Shown here piece after piece: positions 19,753 to 27,315 of a stretch of 64,000 bases of DNA. The notes under the pieces were generated by a model that had not been told where the DNA came from, did no database searches, and saw only the letters and a list, made by a program, of their open reading frames with translations. The stretch spans positions 912 to 64,911 of the forward strand of contig CALXMJ010000293.1 in NCBI GenBank assembly GCA_944389445.1. The letters run 5' to 3'. How positions within the stretch are numbered: the first letter of the stretch is position 1; each line of letters begins with the position of its first letter. The position numbers and the translations under genes are program-made. Origin of the DNA: an uncultured Victivallales bacterium. GTDB taxonomy: Bacteria > Verrucomicrobiota > Lentisphaeria > Victivallales > UBA1829.

Positions 19753-20615
19753 CACCGATTCCTGTATTCGACTGGAGTAAACCCGGTTTGCTTCTTGAAA
19801 TCCCGCGAAAAATAATGCGCATCCGAATAGCCGCACTCATATGCAACCGTCTTGATGAGAGTATCATAATTGCGGAGCAGAAGTTTTGCATAGCTGATCC
19901 GGCGTTCCGTAATGTACTGAAGCGGTGTCGTATTCAGGTGCCGGGCAAAAAGATGGAAAAGAGTGCGTTCACTGATTCTTCCTCCTTTTGCCAGATCCTC
20001 AATGCTGAAGGGATGGAGGAGAGATTTTTCCAGCAGTTCCAGCACGACTGCAAGTTTCTCCGGAATTTCACGCCGCAGACGGATTTGCTGAAGTTCCAGA
20101 AGAATTTCATAGGCGGTGGAAAAGATCGTGTTGTTCAGTCCGGCGTCCTGCTTTGCGCAGAGGGTTCCCACCTTTTGAAAGAGAGCGTCCACACGTTCCG
20201 GATTGCTCAGACGGACTACGCAGGTCCTCTGGTCAAGACCAAGTGCGGAGAGAATAAAATAGAGCATGGGACCATCCATGATGATGGTTCGTTTGAATGC
20301 ATAGTCGCTGATGCATTCGAAGCGGACGTCCCGTTCCTTGTGAACGATGAAAACATCCCATGGATGACAATGAAAAGTTTTTTCATTCTGTGTGAGAAGG
20401 AACTCTCCGCTGACCAGCAGCTCAAGAGAAAATGTTCTGGAGTTCGGACGATGTCGCCAGAATCCCCGGTTGTTTTCATCATCCCCGGCAAAAGTCACAT
20501 AGAAGGGGCATGTCCGATCAACATCCCGCAGCAGAACGCGGGAAAAATGGTGGCGCGGATAAGTTCCGACATTGCACCCGTTCAGGATTTCTCCATCAAT
20601 GATTCGCGAAATCAT
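19734..20615 (-). CDS. AraC family transcriptional regulator (cupin + HTH)
   Basis: C-terminal FSIEDLAKGGRISERTLFHLFARHLNTTPLQYITERRISYAKLLL...IKTVAYECGYSDAHYFSRDFKKQTGFTPVEYR. Start placed at the ATG at 20615 (MISRIIDG) after an AAGGAAGGAG RBS. Confidence 0.9.
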   Translation of the reverse strand: MISRIIDGEILNGCNVGTYPRHHFSRVLLRDVDRTCPFYVTFAGDDENNRGFWRHRPNSRTFSLELLVSGEFLLTQNEKTFHCHPWDVFIVHKERDVRFECISDYAFKRTIIMDGPMLYFILSALGLDQRTCVVRLSNPERVDALFQKVGTLCAKQDAGLNNTIFSTAYEILLELQQIRLRREIPEKLAVVLELLEKSLLHPFSIEDLAKGGRISERTLFHLFARHLNTTPLQYITERRISYAKLLLRNYDTLIKTVAYECGYSDAHYFSRDFKKQTGFTPVEYRNRCQRGEI

Positions 20616-20993
20616 GCTCCTTCCTTTCCTTCCTGTTTGCCCTGGAAATGTGTCTTTTTGCAGAATTTTCCCGTATCCGGTTCCGTATCCTGTCATCGTT
20701 CCGGCCGGAATACAGGGAAAATAATATAGCATCCGTTTTCCCTGTTTAAAGTTTTCCAAACTTTCTTTTCCTCTGTCGCAAGGGAATCCCGGACACTGCT
20801 GCCGGGGACTTTTTACGGGAATTCATCATTCATTCGATGTCGCTTTCTTTCCAGATCGCGGAAGCGTTTTCGGCTCTCCGGAGAACCGCTCGGGAAAATC
20901 CTCTTCTCCTGCGGATTCCCGCGACTTTTCCGCCGTTTGCGCGAAAAAGACTCTGTTTTGCAGGATTATCCACTTAAAACCTTTTTTTTCCTA

Positions 20994-21022
20994 TTGACAG
21001 AAAGAATGTTTTCGATCATAAT
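20994..21022 (+). promoter_or_regulatory. sigma70-type promoter TTGACA-N17-CATAAT upstream of the pseudopilin-GH5 operon
   Basis: TTGACAgaaagaatgttttcgatCATAAT, ~80 nt upstream of the ATG at 21105. Confidence 0.5.
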
Positions 21023-21104
21023 TATAGAGAAAAGAAGACGATTCCTTAATTTTACGGAATATCGGAAAACTGGAACATGGAAAAGCGGAAAGGATTCAAT
21101 CTCA

Positions 21105-21830
21105 ATGAAAACTTCTTCGAAGCTGACTGTTTTATCCACCTGGAACGGGAGATATGAATTTACAATGATAGAGCTTCTGGTTGTTGTTGCCGTGATTGCC
21201 ATTCTGGCTGCGCTGCTTCTTCCTGCTTTGCAGAAAGCACAACTTGCAGCATCCAGAACGCAGTGCATGAGCAATTTGAAACAGCTCGGGATGCTCGGGA
21301 CTCAATATCAGCATGATTTCAATGAATATCCCATGCCTCCGGTAAACAAGCATATAGGAGGGGATATTGAACTTTACAAGGACAGTTATCACTGGGATTT
21401 TTATTTTCAGACATATTATCTGAAAGACCGGTCGGGACGGTTTATTTTCAAGTGTCCGGGGGACAGCCGCCGGCCGACCAATTCCAATGCAGTTCTCCGC
21501 AGTTATGCCGCTCCCCGGGGATGGATTTACTGCAACGATGCTTTGATCCGTGTCAGTGAAGTGAAAACACCTTCCAAAGCGCTTTATCTGGGAGAAACAG
21601 ACAAAAACAATGCCGGTTTTCAAAACGCTGTTGTCGGACATTCCGGAAGCGATGCGGAAGTGGTCCTGAACAATGTGCAATGGCTCGGCAACAACCATGC
21701 GGACCCGAAACGAGGCATCGCAGCTGCTCTGGACGGGCATGCGGCAGCTTCTACCATCAATCTGACATGCGGAGGATTCAACACCTCCAGAGAGAATTTC
21801 AAACAACGAGTCATAAACTGGAGTTTCTGA
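21105..21830 (+). CDS. pseudopilin-like protein, prepilin-type N-terminal helix (DUF1559-type)
   Basis: [46 protein letters not shown], then CMSNLKQLG. The C-terminal [16 protein letters not shown] is an approximate H-X-DG motif. Confidence 0.85.
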   Translation: MKTSSKLTVLSTWNGRYEFTMIELLVVVAVIAILAALLLPALQKAQLAASRTQCMSNLKQLGMLGTQYQHDFNEYPMPPVNKHIGGDIELYKDSYHWDFYFQTYYLKDRSGRFIFKCPGDSRRPTNSNAVLRSYAAPRGWIYCNDALIRVSEVKTPSKALYLGETDKNNAGFQNAVVGHSGSDAEVVLNNVQWLGNNHADPKRGIAAALDGHAAASTINLTCGGFNTSRENFKQRVINWSF

Positions 21831-21861
21831 CTGGAAAAACAACTGGAGGAACCGGGAAAAC

Positions 21862-22440
21862 ATGAACAGGATAATTTTTGCTCTTATGCTTTGCGGCATG
21901 GCTGTTTCATCTGTCGGAATCGAGGTGAAACTGAACTCCTTTGGCGCGCCGCGAACCGGGAAAAAAATGATTGTTTCGGAGCACAGCGGAATTGCTGTCC
22001 GGGTTCGCGCACCGGCGGAAGAGGATATTTCCGGGATAACCGTCCGGCCGGAAAAGGATGGCCTTGTGGTCGATGCGTCGAAGCTGAATCCGGAGAAGAA
22101 TGGTCAGGTCCTCTTCGGAGTCGTGACATCGAAAGAGACGGTCAAATCCGGAACGGGGCAGCGGATTCCCGGCGAACCCTTTACTCGCCTCGAAGTGGAG
22201 TTTTCGGCAGCTCCGGATGTCAGGTTTGCTCTCCTTTTTGAGGGGCAATCCGTTGATGGAAACGGCAGAAAGAAACACTGCTGGGGGGCGCGGAAATTAA
22301 CGACCGCCGGGAAAAGAGAGATTGTCCAGTTCGATAAAGTATTTCCGGAAAATTCCTCCATTACCCGTCTCCGGTTTGATCTTCCCGGCGGATCGGTTTT
22401 CAAGTTCCACCGCGCAGCGTTTCTCCGGATGGAAAAATAA
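21862..22440 (+). CDS. small secreted hypothetical protein (192 aa), beta-sandwich/CBM-like
   Basis: Signal MNRIIFALMLCGMAVSSVG. Lies between the pseudopilin and GH5 genes with 31- and 15-nt gaps. No recognisable family. Confidence 0.6.
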   Translation: MNRIIFALMLCGMAVSSVGIEVKLNSFGAPRTGKKMIVSEHSGIAVRVRAPAEEDISGITVRPEKDGLVVDASKLNPEKNGQVLFGVVTSKETVKSGTGQRIPGEPFTRLEVEFSAAPDVRFALLFEGQSVDGNGRKKHCWGARKLTTAGKREIVQFDKVFPENSSITRLRFDLPGGSVFKFHRAAFLRMEK

Positions 22441-22455
22441 AAAGGAGGTGACTGC

Positions 22456-23994
22456 ATGACAATTCGATTCTTTCTGTTTTTCGTTGTTCTGTTCACACTG
22501 GTTCCGTTGTCCGGCGCGTACAAACAGGGAAAAATTCTGCTGGACTGCCGATTTGCTCCGAAGGAGGTTTCCGCGGATGATCTTCGTCCCGGTTCCGTGA
22601 TGTGGGAGCCGGACAGCGGGAAGGAGGGCGGTCCCGCTCTTCATCTCAAATCGACCACTCCGGCGGGAACCCGGAATTATCCCATTCTTCTGGATCCGGA
22701 AGTGTACAGGGGGAAGCGTGTGATTCTGGAAGTCCGCGTGAAGGGGCTCAATCTGGAGCGCGGGGAGAAAAGTCATTTCGCGCCGAACTTCATGTTCTGC
22801 ATCCGGCGGAAAAATATCCGGAAAATCCGCTGGGCAAAAGTGGCGTCCGAACTGGGAAGCTACGACTGGAAGTCGTTTTACTGTGTGGAGCAGATCCCTC
22901 GTGATCTTGAATCCATCTGCATTGTTCTTGTCCTTCAGGAATGCACCGGAGAGGCATGGATCGACCGTGTTGTCGTCAGCGAGGCGCTTGAGGTTCCCGA
23001 CAGCGATGAAAAGCCGTTCAATGCGGAAGCCGCAAAAATCCGGCGAGGTCCCTATGCCGATCCGGCAAATGACAATCGTAACGGCAGCCGAGGTTTCATG
23101 AGCGGACGCGACATGAGCGAAAGTGCCGTTCAGACCCTGAAACTCTGGGGCGCAAATCTGGTCCGCTATCAGATGAGTCCCGGGAAAAAAACAGATGTTT
23201 CCACTCCGGAAGCATATCTTGCATGGCTTGAGAAGAAGATGCGGGAGGCGGAATCCGTTCGCGAACGCTGTTTCCGCAACGGCATTCAGCTGGTGCTTGA
23301 TCTTCACCGGGCGCCCGGAGGAACAAAAAGCAAACATGCCTCCAATATGCTTGCGGAAAACACCCGCTTTGATGTACTGGAGGAGGCATGGAATCGCCTT
23401 TCAAAGTTTTTCCGCGGCAAACCGGGGATCTATGCCTACGATCTGCTGAATGAACCCTCCGTTCGGAACACCGTCTGGCGGGAAGAGGTGAAACGCCTGA
23501 TTGCGATTATCCGGAAAAATGATCCGGAGACTCCGATCGTTGTCCAGTCCGTCGATCACTTTTACACGGAAGACTCCAATATCTTTTACGGTCCGCATTT
23601 CTATTCTCCGCATGATCTGACGCATGAGGGCGTCGGCCGCTTTACGCGCTGGAAATATCCGGGGTACATCAACGGCGTTTACTGGGACAAGGAACAGCTC
23701 CGTCTTGCTTTGAAACCGGTCATTGATTTTCAGCAGAAGTTCAAGGCAAAGATTTTTATCGGCGAATTCAGCTGCATTGCCTGGGCGCGGGGGGCGGATC
23801 AGTGGGTCCGGGATACGGTGGAGCTTTTTGACGAGTACGGGTTCGATTACACCTATCACGCTTTCCGGGAATGGCCGCCGTGGAGCCTGGAACATGAGGC
23901 CGAAAGTGTCGGAAAGGTAAAACCTTCTGCCGACAATGGACGGAAACGGGCGATTCTCAACTCGCTGAAACGCAATGGAAGAATACGGCAATAA
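22456..23994 (+). CDS. secreted glycoside hydrolase family 5 enzyme with N-terminal CBM-like module
   Basis: AAAGGAGG RBS and signal MTIRFFLFFVVLFTLVPLSGA. GH5 acid/base motif YAYDLLNEP and nucleophile motif IFIGEFSC. The N-terminal ~170 aa are CBM4/9/22-like. Confidence 0.85.
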   Translation: MTIRFFLFFVVLFTLVPLSGAYKQGKILLDCRFAPKEVSADDLRPGSVMWEPDSGKEGGPALHLKSTTPAGTRNYPILLDPEVYRGKRVILEVRVKGLNLERGEKSHFAPNFMFCIRRKNIRKIRWAKVASELGSYDWKSFYCVEQIPRDLESICIVLVLQECTGEAWIDRVVVSEALEVPDSDEKPFNAEAAKIRRGPYADPANDNRNGSRGFMSGRDMSESAVQTLKLWGANLVRYQMSPGKKTDVSTPEAYLAWLEKKMREAESVRERCFRNGIQLVLDLHRAPGGTKSKHASNMLAENTRFDVLEEAWNRLSKFFRGKPGIYAYDLLNEPSVRNTVWREEVKRLIAIIRKNDPETPIVVQSVDHFYTEDSNIFYGPHFYSPHDLTHEGVGRFTRWKYPGYINGVYWDKEQLRLALKPVIDFQQKFKAKIFIGEFSCIAWARGADQWVRDTVELFDEYGFDYTYHAFREWPPWSLEHEAESVGKVKPSADNGRKRAILNSLKRNGRIRQ

Positions 23995-24244
23995 CGGGTA
24001 TGGTGTCCGTTCGGCGAATGAGTTCGAAGGCGGGGGGATGGTTGCAGAAGAGAGGTGCCGTCATCACGCACCGATGGTATGGATGGTGCATGAGGGCCTT
24101 TGAGACTCGTTTTCCCGTCCGCGGACTCTACTGCGTTTTCAAGGAAGATTTTTGATTCCTTTTTGCAGACCGGATGATTCCGGGAGATTCGGAATCGGAA
24201 AGCCCCTCTGCGGAGAAAACACAGGATTTCCCTATCTTTGGAAG

Positions 24245-24430
24245 TCACATCTTTTTCCACCGGTTCTTTCCGGAGGAGTTTTTTATCAGACGGAGCGCTT
24301 TTCCCGCCAGCGTTTCGTATTTCTGAATGATCCCTGTCATCGAAAGATCACAGGCGAGATCTATCCGGTCCCCCCCTGTCAGGGAGATGTCCTCCGGCAC
24401 GCGCACCACGACCTGTTTCAGAAAATGAAG
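24245..24430 (-). pseudogene. C-terminal remnant of a LacI/GntR-PBP-type regulator
   Basis: The minus-strand frame reads ...HLFKQVVVRVPEDISLTGGDRIDLACDLSMTGIIQKYETLAGKALRLIKNSS...KKM-stop. This matches the conserved (G)xRVPEDIS(V/L)xGFDD...LTT(V/I)xQ tail of sugar-binding repressors. There is no start codon and an in-frame TGA at 24500-24502, so the N-terminal ~270 aa are missing. Confidence 0.5.
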
Positions 24431-24521
24431 AGCTTTGATTTGTGAAGAGGACGTGCATCTGTATTCTTTAAATACAATGCATCCTGAGAAAAAAAATTCT
24501 CATTTTTTTTAATCTCCCCTC

Positions 24522-24573
24522 TTGACACTTATGTAATACACCATTTAGAATTATGTAATATAGCATGTAACAC
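24522..24573 (+). promoter_or_regulatory. promoter TTGACA-N18-TAGAAT with three TGTAA(T/C)A(C/T)A GntR-type operator motifs
   Basis: TTGACA at 24522-24527 and TAGAAT at 24546-24551. Perfect palindrome TGTAATACA at 24532-24540 inside the spacer, TGTAATATA at 24554-24562 and TGTAACAC at 24566-24573. The 10-nt direct repeat TTATGTAATA occurs at 24529 and 24551. The motifs fit the GntR-family GT-N-AC core. Confidence 0.5.
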
Positions 24574-24587
24574 GGAAAGGATGATTC

Positions 24588-25697
24588 ATGTTTACTCCGG
24601 TTTATCATGAGCTGGTTCCCCGCTTGAAGCAGTATATGGAAGAACAGAAGAGTGGAAAGCTGCCCGGTGTGCGGAGTCTGGCAAAACAGTTCGGAGTCAA
24701 TCCGGCGACGGTATCCAAAGCGATGAAAATTCTGGAAGAAAAAGGGCTGATCTCCATCCTGAAAGGGCAGGGCGCCTTCATCTGTCGGAAAATACAGACG
24801 GAAAAGCATCATTCCATCGGGATCGTCAATCTGATTCCAAACAGCTACACGGAGGAAGAGGAACTGGAACGGCTTCGGAAGCCGTTCAATTATTCGCCGC
24901 ATACGCAGGAACAGATTCGTCAGCTGGTGGACCGGGAATGTGCCGCGGAAGGATTTCATGCGATCTCCCTGACCTGCAACATTGCCGCGGTCAGGGACAA
25001 TCTGGCTTTTTTTGAAAAAATGCCGACCGACGGCTTCCTTTTCATTTACTCCTCCCTGAACTCTGAAATTGCCGATTTTCTGAAAAAGAAACACATTCCT
25101 TTCGTTGCTGCGAATGCCTGTTTCGGTATTCCGGAGGTTAACTTTGTGGATGTCAACACGATGCAGGCGGTGAATGATTTTCTTTTCCGTCTCCGGGAGG
25201 CGGGCGTCCGGAAAGTCACCTTTTTCGGTCGGCCGGGCAAGTACGGATACAGCGAGCGTCTCCGGAGAATCTTCATGAAACATCTGGGGAGCGAGTTCCG
25301 TGATTTTTATTTTATTGATGGAGCTCATTCGCCGCTTTTTTTCAACACGGAGTGTCTTGAGGAGTATTCGGAACAGGCTTTTAATCTCATGATGCAGGAC
25401 GGTATTGCGCCGGAAGTGATCCTCTGTATTCCGGAATGCATTGAGTCGATGAAGCAGGCTGTGCGGAAACATGGACTGAGAACTCCGGAGGATGTCGCAT
25501 TCGCCACGATCTCCATTGATCCGGACATTCATGACATTACGGTGCTCAAAGGCGATGAATCGGAGATTCTCCGGAGGGCGGTCCGGCGTCTTCTGCACAT
25601 TATTCTTCATGACGATGACTCTGTGATTCAGCAATGGATTCCCATGGATATCGTATGGGCCGCGCTTCCGAACAGCAAGGAACTGGTGGTCCAATGA
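24588..25697 (+). CDS. GntR-type winged-helix regulator fused to a sugar-binding (PBP/LacI-like) domain
   Basis: N-terminal LPGVRSLAKQFGVNPATVSKAMKILEEKGLISILKGQGAFI. C-terminal PBP-like core ending in GLRTPEDVAFATIS. Confidence 0.85.
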   Translation: MFTPVYHELVPRLKQYMEEQKSGKLPGVRSLAKQFGVNPATVSKAMKILEEKGLISILKGQGAFICRKIQTEKHHSIGIVNLIPNSYTEEEELERLRKPFNYSPHTQEQIRQLVDRECAAEGFHAISLTCNIAAVRDNLAFFEKMPTDGFLFIYSSLNSEIADFLKKKHIPFVAANACFGIPEVNFVDVNTMQAVNDFLFRLREAGVRKVTFFGRPGKYGYSERLRRIFMKHLGSEFRDFYFIDGAHSPLFFNTECLEEYSEQAFNLMMQDGIAPEVILCIPECIESMKQAVRKHGLRTPEDVAFATISIDPDIHDITVLKGDESEILRRAVRRLLHIILHDDDSVIQQWIPMDIVWAALPNSKELVVQ

Positions 25698-27313
25698 AAT
25701 ACTCCGTTTCTGTTTTTTTCTGTCTGCTGATTTGTCTTGCCGGGGCAACATTGCGCGGAGCCTCCATCCGCCATTCGGGAACGATGGGACAGAGCAATCC
25801 GGAAAAACCTCTGAACTTCATCGGCGTCACCGGACTTGTCTCCGCCAATGGAAAATATTATTTCTGGAACGCGCCGGATCTCTGTTCCTTCACCACGCCG
25901 GACAACATCAGGCCCGCCGTCTATCTTGGCGGACACTGCCGCCAGCTGTTCGGCGATGGGAAAACGCTCTGGCTGAAAAACACAAAAGGGGAAGTCTACA
26001 AGCTGGAATGTTCCGGGCGGAAAGAGTCGCTACGGCGAATCCTGTCCCTGAAGGAGGTTGCGGCCCCCTTTGCCGCGTTTCCCGCCGGAGGGAAACCGGC
26101 CGGATGGGGAAAACGTGTGAAACTCGTCAGGCTTCTGAAGAACAAGGTCATCGGATATGATGCGGATGGGAACAGTTCCGGAACCGTGCTCGAATTGCCT
26201 GCCAATGAAATTTACAACTCCATTGCCTTTCTGTCCGGAAGCGGGGATTTGCTGGTTTCCCTTCCGTATCCGAAATGCCGGATTTTCCGGTTCAAATCCG
26301 ACGGCACCAGATTCCCCTGGGATTATTCCCAGCATCTGAATGAAATGTTTATGGCTGACGGAAAAACATTCGGTGCCGATACCCGGCTGCTGGAGATCCC
26401 CGAACAATTCCAGCCGGGAATCACAAAGCCCCGGACAAACCGGGATGACATGCACATCTCCGGTGTGGCGGCGGCTCCCGATGGCGGATATTATCTCGGG
26501 ACCACGCAGGGGATTCTTCATTATCCGGGGAATCCGGCGGCATCGCCCGTCCGCTTCGGGGGATTTCCGGGCGGATGCGCTCTGGCGGTCAATGACGACG
26601 GACTCGTTCTCGCCCTGACCGATGTCAACAGAAATCTGATCTACTGTCTGAAAATCGACGATGAACCCTCGACGCCCCTTCTCAGTTCTGCGGATCAGAC
26701 TTCGACCGCTCTCTGGAATTCCAGCCGTTTCCGGAAGGGGACCGCTCTGGCGGTTTCCGCCTCGGCAGGAGATTTCCTGATTCTCAACCGGAATGGCAGC
26801 CGGACGGAGCTCTGGACCTTTCGTCCCCGCAATCACCGGACTGCCCGTCCCGTCTGGACGAAACGGGATGTGAAGCAACCGGGCGCCTCCGCTGTCTGTT
26901 CCACGGAACACCGGATTTATCTGCTTGCAAACGGGAACGTGTTCCGTCTGGAGCCCGATGGCGAATCGCTTTTCTTTTCTGAATTCCCGGTGAAACATTT
27001 CGCCGTTTCGGAGAATGGCATGGTGCTCTGCGGGGAATCCGGTCTGCTCTTCCTGAAGCCGGACGGAGACGGCTCCTACCGCAAGGGCTGGAAAATCAAA
27101 TGCGGAAAGGTACGGGGAATCGCTGTCAGCGAGAACGGCGTTCTTCTGTCCGCTCCCGGAAGACTTGTGCTGTTCGATTGTGCCAGAGGAAGGAAAAAGG
27201 CGGAACGGGTCCTAAAAGGATATCCCGGCGGAGCCGTCGCCATGAAAGACTGCTGGATCTTTGCCGCGGACCCGAAGAAAAAATCCATTGAACGATATAA
27301 AATAGAGGAGTGA
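25694..27313 (+). CDS. secreted hypothetical protein (539 aa), possibly beta-propeller
   Basis: The ATG at 25694 overlaps the regulator stop (ATGA). Signal MKYSVSVFFCLLICLAGATLRGA. No recognisable catalytic motif. Confidence 0.65.
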   Translation: MKYSVSVFFCLLICLAGATLRGASIRHSGTMGQSNPEKPLNFIGVTGLVSANGKYYFWNAPDLCSFTTPDNIRPAVYLGGHCRQLFGDGKTLWLKNTKGEVYKLECSGRKESLRRILSLKEVAAPFAAFPAGGKPAGWGKRVKLVRLLKNKVIGYDADGNSSGTVLELPANEIYNSIAFLSGSGDLLVSLPYPKCRIFRFKSDGTRFPWDYSQHLNEMFMADGKTFGADTRLLEIPEQFQPGITKPRTNRDDMHISGVAAAPDGGYYLGTTQGILHYPGNPAASPVRFGGFPGGCALAVNDDGLVLALTDVNRNLIYCLKIDDEPSTPLLSSADQTSTALWNSSRFRKGTALAVSASAGDFLILNRNGSRTELWTFRPRNHRTARPVWTKRDVKQPGASAVCSTEHRIYLLANGNVFRLEPDGESLFFSEFPVKHFAVSENGMVLCGESGLLFLKPDGDGSYRKGWKIKCGKVRGIAVSENGVLLSAPGRLVLFDCARGRKKAERVLKGYPGGAVAMKDCWIFAADPKKKSIERYKIEE

Positions 27314-27315
27314 TT

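Noticed and set aside
24152-24445. 97-aa plus-strand ORF in the 590-bp gap before the GntR gene.
   Set aside because: The opposite strand of the same segment reads as the conserved tail of a LacI/PBP-type repressor, so the plus ORF is the shadow of a pseudogene remnant.
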